The notes: generated by a model from the sequence alone, not told the origin. Counted from the stretch's first letter, positions 26,090-40,318 are shown. The stretch: 64,000 nt of DNA from Octopus sinensis (GCF_006345805.1 NC_042998.1:66588001-66652000); one strand, 5' to 3'. Made by a program: numbers and translations.

Positions 26090-28993
26090 GGTTAATATAG
26101 GGCGTGACAAATATCGGAAAATCAAAAAAAAAATGTGTGTAATAGGTGTAAAACAACTTCCTATGAACGAATATGAAAAAAAAAATTCGCGCACGCGAAA
26201 GGGGGGTGGGGGAGAGTCCTCGGAAAATTCACATCGGGAAGTTCCGAAAGCGTCTGAGGGGCTGACCCGGGCACCAAAACAAAAAAAAAATTGTGTAATA
26301 TGTGTAAAACAACTTGCTCTAAACGAATATGAAAAAAAAAATTCGCTCTCGAGAAAGAGGGGTGGGGGAGAGGCCTCGGAAAATTTATGTCGGGAATTTC
26401 CGAAAGCGTCTGAACCGGGCACAAAAACAAAAACAAAAACAGCGTAATAGGTGTAAAAAAAATTGCTCTAAACGACTATCATGAAAAAAATGCGCGCTCG
26501 CGAAAGGGGGGTGGGGGAGAGGCTTCGGAAATTCACACATGAATCATAAACTCCGTATGTTTGTACATATTTCGCAAAAAAAAAAAATAATAAAGAGAAG
26601 AAATTCTGGAAAAAGTGAAGAAATGTTGGATCTCTGCCATGTGAATCAAAATACGTGTCAGAAACATCTTGAAATACTACAGAAATTATGTTACGAAAAT
26701 GATAATGTATACATACCTCTTTGAGTGGTCCATCGACAGTGTTGATAAAGAAATGAGATGGGTTGCGTTTGGAGGAAAAAATTATCGCGGGCCAGGATAA
26801 AGACTTGCTGCTGCCAATAAGAATACGTGTATTCTCTGGCAGCAGGTCTGATGCTGTCCAAAAAAAGGAACTTCGCCATGTATTGTTTTAGGTAACAGGC
26901 ACGAATGCCTGGGCGAACAACCGATTTCTTCACTGACCCCCACAATCTCTCTATTGTCTGCGTGTGCACCGACGTGTTTGTCGGATCCACAAAGTTTTCG
27001 CTGTGGTTGACGCGGAAGTGAGTATACCCGATATTTCCAAGAGAGTTATAAGCACCCCAAGAATCACTATATACTACCGACCCTTGGCGTATATATCGGG
27101 TAATTAAGGGGATCAGTGTGGCGGCATCTCGCCTTTCCTCTTCACCACACTCAGATGAAAGAGGTATCAAAAATTTCTTTTTGGCTACCCGCTCGATTCC
27201 ACCGAAGAGCCAGATAGTTTTTGTCAGTCTTCCTCGATTGTATTTCCTCCTTACAATAACAGATTCGTCGATCTCCACTTCAACTCCTGGTCCACCGATT
27301 TGGTCCTGGTAATTCTCTACCCAATGTTGACAAACCTCGGAGCAGAAGGATCGCCAATCGATTGAGGTCGAATACGAAATTTTCAAATTTTCAACGGCTA
27401 ATGAGTGCGACCAACCGTCTATGAGGAAGTAATTTACAAATAACAAGATTTGACCTGGTGATAGCTGGCTCTTCCCCAAAAATGTATTGCTGTATAGGGA
27501 TATTGAATATCGACATTGTGTTGGCCGTTGCCTTCGACGGCGAACAGTCCTTCCACATCGGAAGATGTTTGTATTTCCTTGCAATGTACATGGTAAATTG
27601 CATCTAGGGCAGTCAACTGTGCGGGGAATGATATTATGTTTTCGAAAAAAATCCAATGCCTCAATGTCATTAGTAAATCGGCGAATCCCATCCTGTAATG
27701 TTAATTCACATGAATTGCAAAGGGCCACTCTCTATCATAAACTTAACGCTTGTGTATCTACGACTGAAATGAATATATGAACTTGTTCTGTACCAAGGAG
27801 CGGGAAATCCTCCACACCAGAAGAATGGATGAGTAAACACTGGTCAATGAAAGGTCAGTCTTTTGTCTAAGAACAGTTGTTTACAAGACGATAGTTGGTA
27901 CCAAGTTCTATTCAAGAAAGGTCAGTCTTTTGTCTAAGAACAGTTGTTTACAAGACGATAGTTGGTAACAAGTTCTATTCAAGACAAAAGACTGACCTTT
28001 CATTGACCAGTGTTTACTCATCCATTCTTCTGGTGTGGAGGATTTCCCGCTCCTTGGTACAGAACAAGTTCATATATTCATTTCAGTCGTAGATACACAA
28101 GCGTTAAGTTTTATCCTGGCCCGCGATAATTTTTTCCTCCAAACGCAACCCATCTCATTTCTTTATCAACACTGTCGATGGACCACTCAAAGAGGTATGT
28201 ATACATTATCATTTTCGTAACATAATTTCTGTAGTATTTCAAGATGTTTCTGACACGTATTTTGATTCACATGGCAGAGATCCAACATTTCTTCACTTTT
28301 TCCAGAATTTCTTCTCTTTATTTTTTTTTTTTTTTGCGAAATATGTACAAAAATACGGAGTTTATGATTCATGTATGAATTTCCGAAGCCTCTCCCCCAC
28401 CCCTCTTTCTCGAGAGCGCATTTTTTTTTCATATTCGTTTAGAGCAAGTTGTTTTACACATATTACACTATTTCAGAATTTCTTCTCTTTATTATTTTTT
28501 TTTTTTTTGCGAAATATGTACAAAAATACGGAGTTTATGATTCATGTGTGAATTTCCGAAGCCTCTCCCCCACCCCCCTTTCGCGAGCGCGCATTTTTTT
28601 CATGATAGTCGTTTAGAGCAATTTTTTTACACCTATTACGCTGTTTTTGTTTTTGTTTTTGTGCCCGGTTCAGACGCTTTCGGAAATTCCCGACATAAAT
28701 TTTCCGAGGCCTCTCCCCCACCCCTCTTTCTCGAGAGCGAATTTTTTTTTTCATATTCGTTTAGAGCAAGTTGTTTTACACATATTACACAATTTTTTTT
28801 TTGTTTTGGTGCCCGGGTCAGCCCCTCAGACGCTTTCGGAACTTCCCGATGTGAATTTTCCGAGGCCTCTCCCCCACCCCCCTTTCGCGTGCGCGAATTT
28901 TTTTTTTCATATTCGTTCATAGGAAGTTGTTTTACACCTATTACACACATTTTTTTTTTGATTTTCCGATATTTGTCACGCCCTATATTAACC
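26090..28993 (-). mobile_element. Merlin-superfamily DNA transposon with fold-back (palindromic) structure
   Basis: Ends GGTTAATATAGGGCGTGAC...GTCACGCCCTATATTAACC; 8-bp TSD GAATATAG at 26082-26089 and 28994-29001; inverted repeats over 700 bp with three ~160-bp subterminal units; ISXO2-type transposase inside. Confidence 0.95.
26782..27728 (-). CDS. Merlin/ISXO2-like (IS1595 family) DDE transposase; GTG start and one probable -1 frameshift near the C-terminus
   Basis: N-terminal CPRC..C..C zinc ribbon; IGGPGVEVEIDES, KYNRGR, WLFGGIER, SDSWGAY, VNHSENFVDP, HTQTIERLW motifs. An alternate frame gives the Merlin-like end RIHVFLLAAASLYPGPR* with the stop at 26782-26784. Confidence 0.88.
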
Positions 28994-31900
28994 GAATATA
29001 GTTCTGCTAGTCTTAAGAAGCGGCGCTATGAGCAATGCTTACATGTAGTGAACCCTAAACTGACAGATCCATCTCCTAATATAAGAATGGATGCTCGTCA
29101 TGCTTCAAGGTCAACAAATCAAACAATAAACCGCATTGGTCATTGCGCGGATTACAAAAGACCACGTACCCGAAAATTGAACCAAATCCTGATTGAAAAA
29201 TCAGTTACTGGATCAAATCTTCCCAACACACAGGAGCTGGACGAACCCCACAACCGGAATATTCCAACAGATGGCCATCCATGCTCATCACCAAATAATC
29301 AAAAGAAAAAGAAGGAAAAATGGTCTAGGAAGATAATAAAGAAGTTCTTGAGGCCTTCTACCATGCCATATATTTCCCCACAGATAAGTCTAGCACTGTA
29401 CAAGCATACTTAAACTGGAGACAGAAACACCCTGAAGTAAGACCCTACATAGACAGTAACAAGCTTGCCAATGTTAGAAGAACATTATAAAAAAGAAATT
29501 ACTGACTGAAGTAGAGATTGATCAGGTTAGACAAGCAATATCGGATAAAATGAACGAAGCTGCAGCTAGAGAAGATAATACAGAGGAAATGATTATAGAC
29601 CAGCCCAGGGCGGATAAAAACGAAGAGAGGATTGAAAGAGTTAGTATAAGTGATAGGCAAAGTGAAATACGCCCTGAACCAATCATAAACACTAAGACAG
29701 ATGAGCATCAAATAGATAAGAAAGTCACACAAATATTGACCCAACAGAACTACATGAGCTAAAAAATCAAATCATGATTGAATGGCTGAAAATTAAAGAA
29801 ACCAGCATGGATGAGCGTGATACACTTCCTAAAATCCGCAACTCTAACCAAAACATGAAAATAATTGGTAAAATCCGGCTTGCACTTAAGGATATAATTT
29901 CAGTTAATGATGTTGATATCACAAACCTCAACCACCTATACTATGCATCCGCGAAAATCTCAACGATCCTATGTGGTGTAAAGATTAGAAAACGGCAACA
30001 GTCCCACAAAAAGCCTTCTTGGCAAGAGCGTCTGCAACAACAAATTAAAATATTTAGATCTGACATTGAATATTTGAAAAACCTTAAGGCTCACAAGATT
30101 ACCAAACCTACAAAAACCCAAAAATTACTGAAAAAATACAATATGAAAACTATACTTGATATTGATGCCACCATAGAAACCATCAAACAAAAGGTATCTG
30201 CCAAAGCTGCCCGCATAGCGAGGTATGAAAAGCGTGTTAGATTTTTCAAGGACAACAACATGTTCAAAATAACACCAAGAATTTTTACAGGAAGATAAGA
30301 AAAACAGCGTTTACTGCAGGGTCTGTACCATCAAAAGAAGAAGTGCAGAGATTTTGGAATAAAATCTGGGCAGAAGAAAAAACACACAACGAAAAGGCCC
30401 CCTGGATTGACAGAATATCTACAGAACTGGACCCCTTAGAAGAGCAAAAGTGGGAGGGTGTCAAGGTAGAAGATATAAGATCTGCTCTCAGGAGGTCAAG
30501 CAAATGGAAGTCTCCAGGAAAGGATAAAATTCCTAACTTCTGGCTGAATGCCTTCCCAGAGAGCCATGAACTGCTAACAGAACTGTACAATGATGTTTTG
30601 CAACACCCTAGTAGGATGCCTCCTTGGCTAGTTAATGGGTTAACATTCCTGCTTCCAAAAAGTGAAGAAACAAATGAACCAAAAAACTATAGACCCATAA
30701 CCTGCTTAACAACTATGTACAAAACACTAACATCTGTCCTGACGGAATATACCTATAGTTTTTTAACAGACAGCAGCATATTCCCTACTGAACAGAAAGG
30801 ATGTAAACGTGGATCCTACGGCTGTAAAGACCAACTACTCATCAATAAGATGATCTTAGAAGATTGTCACAAACGACACAAAAACTTATCAATAGCCTGG
30901 ATAGACTATAAAAGGCTTTTGATAGCCTACCACATAGCTGGATTAGGAAATGCCTTGAAATGTATAAGATAGCACCAACTCTGCGAAACTTCTTGACTGT
31001 AAGTATGAGATCATGGAGAACCACACTAACTCTGAACAGTGACAGTGAATCCCTAAATGCTGGTGATGTAAAAATTTCGTGTGGCATTTTCCAGGGTGAC
31101 TCACTGTCACCACTCCTCTTTTGTTTATCCTTAATACCTCTCTCAAAGCTGCTCAATGATGCGCAGTACGGGTATAAAATGTTTGATAAAAATATAAATC
31201 ATCTCGTTTACATGGATGATTTAAAGCTTTTTGCAAAAAATAATCAACAACTCAAGGGCTTACTAGCGATAGTCAAACAATTCAGTGACGACATCAGAAT
31301 GCAATTCGGCCTCGATAAATGTGCAAAGGCTACCTTTATCAAAGGAAAAATGACAGAAACATCTAACGTTAACCTTGACCAACAGAATGTCATAAAAGAA
31401 CTAGACCCAGCGGAGAGCTACAAGTACCTAGGGATAATTGAAGGGAACGGAATAAGGCTTCAGAGATGAAGGAAAGGATCAGGAGAGAATGCTATCGAAG
31501 AGTGAGAGCAATACTCAAGACAGAGCTGAATGCAAGAAACAGGATCGAAGCAATCAATGCATTAGCTATACCAGTCGTGACTTACAGTTTCAATATTGTT
31601 AACTGGTCAATTACTGAAATATGTCAGCTCGACAGAAAAATAAGGAAACTGTTGACAATGCATAGAATGCACCACCCTAAGGCAGATACAGAACGACTCT
31701 ATCTGCCAAGAAAAGAGGGAGGCCGTGGTCTTTTGCAACTGGCAATAACAATGAAGATTGCTACAATTGGCCTAGACACACACCTACCTGAAAAACTCTG
31801 AGGACTGGATGCTAAAACTTATCTCAAAACATGAAAACAAGAAAGCATCATACTCAGTCACAAAACAGGCAAAGGAATATCTAAGTGAATTCCGAATACA

Positions 31901-33038
31901 ACCAATTTCGGAATTAGAGATAGATATACAAGAAACAAGCACAGAAAAAGCTAGGCGCATGAAAACCCGTGCCAAAACTGCGGCCTTAGATATTCTGAAT
32001 AATAAATGGCAAGAAAAACCTCTCTATGGCAAATACCCAAAGAGAGCGAATAATGCGGATATCGACAAAGCCCTGACCCATCAATGGCTAATGGCCTCTG
32101 GCTTAAAATCTGAAACAGAGGGGTTTATCATAGCAGCTCAAGATCAATGCCTACCAACAAGAAACTACCAGGCCAACATATTAAATATCAGAAGCAGTCC
32201 AACGTGTCGTGTATGCAAGCAACAAACCATTGACCATGTGGTCTCCAAGTGCAGTCTTCTAGCGCCTACAGAGTATCTCAACAGGCACGATAGAGCTGCA
32301 CAATATATTCACTGGGTAATCTGTAAAAACCTGGATTTGCCCTATGAAAAAAACTGGTGGGAACACAAACCACCCCCAGTGCTTGAAAATGACCACATCT
32401 CACTCCTCTGGAACTTCACCATTCAAACTGACAGGAAGATAGATGCAAATAGGCCAGACATCATATTGAAAAACTTCAAACAAAGAACATGCCTCCTCAT
32501 TGATATGACTGTCCCAATCGATATAAACGTATCTGTCAAGACCTACCAAAAACTGAGCAAATATAAAGATCTTGAAATAGAAATCAGCAAAATGTGGAAG
32601 CTGAAGACTAAAACAATACCTGTTGTCATAGGTGCCCTGGGAATGATAGCAAAAGGGGCTGATAGCTACCTAACTCAGATACCAGGAAACCCAAAAATGG
32701 CAGAAGTTCAAAAGATAGTGCTCATGGGAACTGCTCATATCCTACGCAAAATACTCTCTATGTAATCTCAAGGTTTAAAACAAACATAATTTTCGGTTTA
32801 AAAAAAAACAAAAAAAACCCCCTTTTTTTTTTAGACATTCATTAGTACAACATCCCCACCCCCCAAATATATGGCACACTAGGCATAACAACAACATGAA
32901 CTTCCAACCCTGTTGTCTCTTGAGGTCTCTGGGTGAGACTTGGAGCCAACTTGTACAAATATAAAGCAAAAGTCAAACATAGAATAATAATAATAATATA
33001 ATAATAATAATAATAATCATAATAATAATAATATTAAT

Positions 33039-34373
33039 AAAATAATGACAGGATCTAGGATGCATCACCCAAAATCTGACATAGAAAGACTATATATACA
33101 AAGTATAGAAGGTGGTAGAGGCCTTATACAGCTGGAAAACTACTATAAAATAACCACCATAGGACTGCAAAAATATCTACTTCAGAAGGAAGGAAAACTG
33201 ATCCAGATAGCGGCAAAACACGAGCAAAACAAAAAACTGTTCTCAGTATTTAAGGAAGCTGACACATACAAACAAGAAATCATACCACCTAATAAACATG
33301 AAGAAGAAGAAGAAGAAGAAGAAGAAGGAGAAGAAGAAGAAGAAGAAGAAGAAGAAGAAGAAGAAGAAGAAGAGAAGAGAAGAAGAAGAAGAAGAAGAAG
33401 AGAAGAAGAAGAAGAAGAAGAGAAGAAGAAGAAGATAAAGAAACAACAAAAGCTATAAAACAAATGAAATCCAAACTAAAAATAGAATAGCAACGAACCA
33501 TGATAAAACGATGGCAAGAAAAGCCCCTTCATGGTAAATACTGGACTAAGCTAAACGCAAAAGAAATAGACAAAGAAAAATCCCAGTAATGGTTGAGAAG
33601 CTCAGGACTCAAAGCAGAGACAGAGGGATTTTTAATTGCAGCACAAGACCAAAGCCTCCCCACCAGAAATTACCAAAAACATGTAATGAAAAGAAATATA
33701 ACAAGTAACTGCAGAATATGTGGAGATGGACAAGAAACAATAAATCATATTATCTCTAGCTGCCCAGTCCTGGCTAAGAAGGAAAAAATTCACAGACATG
33801 AGAGAGTTGGAACCTACATACATTGGAAGCTATGCCAAGATTATGGAATAACAACAGAAAAAAGATGGTATAGGCACACACCAGAAGAGGTCACAGAAAA
33901 CGAGAAAGCAACCATACTCTGGGATATGCCGATACACACAGATAGAGAAATTAAGGCCAACAGACCAGATATAGTTGTCAGAGATCATGAAGAAAAAAAT
34001 GCTTTCTAATTGATGTATCAATACCGGCAGATGACAACGTGTCTCTAAAAGAAATGGAGAAACTCTCAAAATACAAAGACCTGGAAATAGAGGTAACTAG
34101 AATGTGGAATCTGAAAACAGAAACAATTCCTATCATAGTAGGTGCACTAGGCATGATAAAAAATTCAGAAAAATACATAACAAAAACACCAGGACTTACA
34201 AACACATATAACATAAAGAAAATTGCACTACTAGGCACTGCACACATTCTACACAGAACACTTTCCATACAATAACCATCAGAGCATCACAACAAATCAC
34301 AGCACATACCTAAGGCACACAGAGCTACGCTCGGTAGTGAAGTGAAAGCACGCTATAAAAATAAAACTACCGA
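33039..34373 (+). mobile_element. Dong/R4-clade LINE, family B, 5'-truncated, with an expanded (GAA)n inside the ORF
   Basis: MHHPKSDIERLY..EGGRGL, GLKAETEGFLIAAQDQ, CRIC..H...C, RPDIVV, KLSKYKDLEIE; (AAT)n upstream and (AAT)/(GAT)n downstream. Confidence 0.9.
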
Positions 34374-34382
34374 ATAATAATA

Positions 34383-34494
<112 letters not shown>

Positions 34495-34496
34495 CA

Positions 34497-34685
34497 ATAA
34501 TAACAGCGAAAGATATCTTAGGAATGAAAACCCAGGTTCGAAATTTCCCCAAGACACCTTTTGAAGGCTGGAGTGTATATAAACCGAAACGTTGTGTTAA
34601 CAACACAAGATGAAGACAAATATTCGTCAAGTGTAAATAATGTAAATAATCTACATAATTCCTCATCTCTTATATTTAGAACTCT
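34497..34685 (+). mobile_element. Penelope-like 3' end/pLTR with a decayed hammerhead motif
   Basis: acac-cttttga-aggctggagtgtatataaacc-gaaa-cgttgtgt resembles CTGATGA..GAAA with a mutated core; same orientation as the 24630 fragment. Confidence 0.55.
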
Positions 34686-36599
34686 ATTATCTTTTCTTTC
34701 ACGGAATATTTTGCAAACTCATGGGGATTTTAGCGAATCTTTCATTTAGTCAATCTTGAACCGTACAAGGAGCTAGAAGTAAGACTAAAAAAAATGAAGG
34801 ATTAAGAACTCAATAACTTCTACAATAATTGCAACCATGTTCTCTCCTGGACAGCTCTTATGGAACATGCCAGCAACAAAAACTTGTGGGAGAAAATACT
34901 GACCAGTATTTAAAGATCTGCATTTCTCAATTTAGATTGTTGCTGAGTGATTCAGAGCTATGCAACATCAATCATGTCAACTAATCTTTCTCCACACACA
35001 TAAATGCAGATAACTTGTCAATCTACATTGTTCCATTCACCAGAAGGAAACTTCCAAAATATCTTTAAAGGTTAAATAAAGCGAGGAACTGTATCCATAT
35101 ATCAGCAATGCCAGAATCTGGAAGAGCCGACTTTCAACAAACATGTGCTAGATTTCTGTATTTTTAATCCCGAATTTTTTTAACAACGGTGCACTCACTT
35201 TCAGAAAATAATATGAAAATTCGTTGCTTAATCTCATTTCAGATTTCCTTGGGCAAACGCCTACTCGTCTACCGTCGAGCTGTTACAGTATCTCCACCAT
35301 GCTGTTCTCATGTTAATGGGTACTACAACCACATAATTCAACGTGAAGTTTTCCAAACTCATAAAATATTTCTAGTAGAAAATATATGCTTCAATCCTAG
35401 AAGTAAAATATTATCTTCGTTTAGCACCAGATTACCACTGGCCTCCAGAATATCTGCTCTCGAAAATATTCCAGTCACCCCTGACTATTTCGGTTTTTAG
35501 AATCATCAGAGCAAGTTTCAACTGGCTAATCGCTCATTAACTTCATTTTCTATGGGGAAATCGCAGATATTATCGCTACTGATTTCGATCGAGAGGGATT
35601 CCTGGAAAATATGTGCAAAAAAATAATAAAAAGGTGAAAATGTTTGGAAGAACTTATCACTCGCTGAGATGCGAAACTCTCGAGTTTATTGAGAACGAGA
35701 ACTGTTTAATTTTGATGAATGAACCAAGCTACTCAACCAAAAATAACGTAAACTGTAAGATGAAGCAGGGTACAAAAGTTGTTAAGAAACAATAAATTGT
35801 TACCTGGAAGGCTGGAAAGATTCGCAGAGCTCCATGACATTAAGATCCAGAATAAACAATATATGGACAAGAAAAGGGGCATATACAACAAACACATCCT
35901 GCGCCATATGCTACCACAAAGTAACACACACTAAGGCGCATACACACTCAAACACAGATACTCATGCGTACGCAGACATATACATTTACACTCGTATACT
36001 AGCATGTGCATGAGCTGACACGACAGCAGAACACTTACAATACAAGATGCTTTTACATCAAAAGTATACGAATTTAATGAAATACATTTTTCATATACTC
36101 CTTAATCAGAGATTTATGTGCTTTACTATACTACGCGAAAAATTAAACAAGTAAAAAAATAAATTATATCAGAAATGTAAATATTTAGCCAAGTACGCAA
36201 ACAAACACACAAAACATTCTACGATGCAATTTACTTCGTCACCAACCTAATATGAAATGCCATATTGCAACACATGCTTCAATGACATGTTGAAGTAACT
36301 ATTCCACTCCAAAGCAATAAAAATCATTACGTACGTTTCCAAATTTAAACAACTGCACCAAAACAAAAATACGAAATGCAAGATACATGATTTTAAACTA
36401 AACAACAATCCGTTGGAAACCTCAACAACTACATAGATTACCTGAAACTCAACCGCTTTATGGCCTGAGGAAATAATAAACATAAGCAAGGAACTCCTAT
36501 CGCTGGAAGGGATAATTCAAATTTTTAACAGATGCAGCATCACAGAATAACACTATTTAGGTATATATTCAAAAGTCCTAGAATAAGCCATTCGAGGTA

Positions 36600-37000
36600 T
36601 CGGTTTCAAATTTAGACACAGAGCCAGTAAGTTCGGAGATGGTTACGTTTATCCCAGTATTCAACTTATTTGATCGACCCCGAAAGAATGAAAGGAATCA
36701 GAACTCAGAACCTAAAGACGGACGAAAAGCCGTTAAGCATTTCGCCTGTAGCGCTAGCGATTCTCTCAGCTCGCCACCTTATCTCATCCTAGATATTGAT
36801 TTCAAATTTTGGCACAAGGCTACCAATTTGTGCGATGTGTATATCGATTACATTGACCCCAATAATCAACGGGTACTTATTTTATCATTGCACAAATATG
36901 AGAGGCAAAAACGACATCGCTGTAATTTGAACTCAGAGCTCAGTGAACGAAATGCCGCAATGAATTTTACTGGCTAACGATTCAACCAGCTCGCCACCTT
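36600..37000 (-). mobile_element. Two degenerate family-1 SINEs in tandem
   Basis: Reverse-complement heads gattc..cagctcgccacctt near 36760 and 36980; ttaagcatttcgcc. Confidence 0.55.
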
Positions 37001-38330
37001 GCTCCAGCACACCGAAGCATTCTCATAAATTTCAGCAATTATACTAACCATACGATAACCTCAGAATGTTTTTGACATAAAAGGATTACTTCATCCACCA
37101 TCGACATTAGAAAAGCCGTTTATTCTTACACGATTTATTGTGACTCAATACAAAATACATCATTTAGTATGACAAACAAACTGCATGCTACGAATTACCG
37201 AAGGTCACAGTCTCTATAATTGTACTATAGAATAAACCAAGATGAAAGTCAATTTATTTCAGGCTTTAATTCATTGAAAGATCTGCTGACGTCTACTTTT
37301 AGACAGCAGAGATAATAGTATACAAGGCTATTTTTAGTTTTGCGTCTGTATTTCGTAGAGATTAATCTATTTCTATTGTTATTGCAACATAGCATATTTA
37401 CATATTATTACAGTTTATCATTGCATTTTACATTCACCAAACAAATGTTAAATTGCATTCGAACAATATTACCAGAAGAATGATGACTTTATATAACTTA
37501 AAGTGCAAATTATACGATGTAAAACATGCCATTGATTTTGATTTTTATTATGAGAATTGTTTGGAAGACATAGCTTTTCCCTTGACTTCGCAAGGTAATG
37601 CGATAACAATGTCGCTCAACACGTGCATGCCGACAGCGGCGGGCAAAATATTACAGCAATGGAAATACTGGTCTGGAAAATAATAGAAAAGCACAGTGAT
37701 ATGTGTTGCGAAGGTATTTATTGCAATGGATAATGAGAGGATAATTTATGACAAAGTAAAGATTGGCTGATAGTGGTGCACTGAAAAAGCTATGTCAGAT
37801 CAGATTTTCCGATTATACCATACGAAAAATACATTGAGGGATAAGGCATACAGAGTAAGCAAGATTCTTCTTGGTATATTTGAATTATAGATATGATGGA
37901 AATCGATTTAGTAGTAAATAAGGATTGCACATGGAGCAGATTACGATCCAATATATGAAATCAGCAGTGGATTGACTCAGCTACACAAAGAATTAAAAAT
38001 AAAGACTGGCGCATAATAAGAATTAACAGTATCAATGCAAGACTTTTTATAAAGGCTTAGAACTGTATTTCCTCTTTTTTTCGTAGTTCTTCTATTACTC
38101 GAAAATACGTTTTTCGAAAGGACACGTATATTTTGTTATTTTTACTTTCTGTTATTCTTTTCTAACACCTTACTTCGTTGAATAATAAATAATCCGAAGC
38201 ACTTAATACGTCATTCTTTTACTCACTGAATATCACACTGACACAAATTGCCAATACTGCGTTTTTATTATTATCATATATAGGTACACAAAAACACAGA
38301 CACACACACAAATACATATGTGTATGTATG

Positions 38331-38391
<61 letters not shown>

Positions 38392-38814
38392 CTTTTTCTA
38401 TTCCTGAGCGTTATACTAATACTTCTGTTTGTTTTGTATGCCACCTGTCTTCGTCTTTTGTATTTTTCGTAAACTTTCCCTATATATATATATATACCTT
38501 GTAACTGTTATACGTTTCGTACATTAGTGTGAGGCCATACTGGGGCAACGTTTTAAAGAATTTTATTCAGACGAATCGACTGAGGTAATATTTTTCTTTA
38601 CGCCTGGTGCTTGTTCTATCCGTTTCTTTTGACGAACGCAAAGTTAACGTGGCCTAAACATATGAACACTAGTTGTCAAGGAGTGATACGATGGTGCGGG
38701 ACAAAACACACACACACACACACACACATACTCATGAACACATCCACACACATGCACACATACATACACACACGCACACACACTCGCAAACACACACACC
38801 ATGCTGATCATGTA

Positions 38815-39276
38815 ATGGGAAAATCCGACATTACTTGAAGTAGAACACAGAATGAGTGTTAGGTTCATGAGCTGGAGTGAGAGACGAAGAGGCAATCTAT
38901 GCCGAGGAAACACCCCCTCTTCATCTGTTCTAAAGTATGACAAGAGGATTTCATCTGCGGAGATGGCTTCAGTTTTAGGGGCAAATGAGTATTGCGCTCA
39001 TTGTCCTATCTTTAAAGGACCCACATTATCATTAGAAAGTACTATGTCAACTTGCTGAGACGAAAGGCTAACAAATCTGAACACCGAAGAAATCTGCTCC
39101 AGCACACAAGTCCCTCGTTTCAATGGCTGCTGTGCCTGACTATGTCGTTTAACTGGTTGGTCAATCTCCTTATTCCCCTAATTTGGTCGCATTCGACTAT
39201 AGTCTATACTAGCATGAAAAAAAACACATAGTTAGAAGCTAGTATCACAGTGATAATGATGTCATATCTACTGTTA
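38815..39276 (+). mobile_element. Degenerate mariner (DD34D-type) transposase fragments
   Basis: Hand translation APAHKSLVSMAAV..PYSPNLVAFDY..MKK..QYHSDNDVISTV matches NAPAH/HPPYSPDLAPSDY; the N-terminal EHRMSVRF piece is weak. Confidence 0.7.
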
Positions 39277-39480
39277 CTCTTTTACTCTTTTACTTGTTTC
39301 AGTCATTTGACTGTGGCCAAGCTGGATCACCGCCTTTTAGTCGAGCAAATCGAACCCAGGACTTATTCTTTGTAAGCCTAGTACTTATTCTATCGCTCTT
39401 TTTCGCCGAAACGCTAAGTTATGGGGACAAACCTGCATCGGTTGTCAAGCGATGCTTGGGGTCAAAAACAGACACACAAA
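39277..39480 (-). mobile_element. SINE, family 2, 3' part
   Basis: cttgtttcagtcatttgactgtggcc..tacttattctatcg..gccgaaacgctaagt. Confidence 0.75.
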
Positions 39481-39494
39481 CATATGCACACACG

Positions 39495-39607
<113 letters not shown>

Positions 39608-40223
39608 TACTGTTTAAATTGGTACTTATATTTCTATCGTATCACTCCAAAACATAACCCCGTAGCTATTTACGTCACTTTCACCCATATATTACATTTA
39701 TTGTAGTTAGCTATTTCTGGCATCCTATGTGTTGATATGCCACCCTTCGTCACATCTAGTTACATACTATACATATTTTTAACACTTACAAGATTTTTAT
39801 ACATTGCGTAACATTTCAATGTTATATTTTAAAATTATACAAAGTTACATTAATATTTATAGTTTTAATGTGGCATATTTCAACTTCAATTTTTTTTTTT
39901 TTTGAATTCATAATTATACCTTTCACCCAATTTTCTAATATTTCGTACTTTGCCAGATATTTTAATTTAAATGATTGAAAATTTCATTATTTCATTTATT
40001 GTACATTAATATCTATTATGCTACTGCAAACTTGTGGTTTGATGTCAAGTCTCCTCAAATCTCAAGAATCTTTCTTCAGATTTTTCCAGAATAAAGGCCG
40101 GTCGACAATCCAAGTTTCAATTCCAATTACTTGCAGTCAGTCAGGTAATATTTCTGGTGTTGTACCAGGCGTATCTATTACTACACTGATAATTGTAGTG
40201 TTGGTCTCCCATAGATTCATCAG

Positions 40224-40318
<95 letters not shown>

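Larger units (their letters stand above)
26043..32982 (+). mobile_element. Dong/R4-clade non-LTR retrotransposon, family A, apparently complete ORF (frameshifted), interrupted by Merlin; 5' UTR may extend to 24976
   Basis: RT motifs KSPGKDKIPNFW, NYRPITCL, EQKGC, GIFQGDSLSPLLF, YMDDLKL; CRVC..H...C knuckle; RPDI..LIDM..K..KY restriction-like endonuclease; ends in (AAT)n. The ATG at 26043 is in frame with 29002 onward once Merlin is removed. Confidence 0.9.

Noticed and set aside
25544-26447. Long ORFs over the Merlin arms (also 28544-29413)
   Set aside because: Low-complexity read-through of the inverted repeats; only the part after 29001 is real Dong ORF.
40091-40144. Small plus-strand exon candidate (ttccag...cag|gtaata)
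   Set aside because: Splice-like signals only; no recognisable peptide or neighbouring exons.
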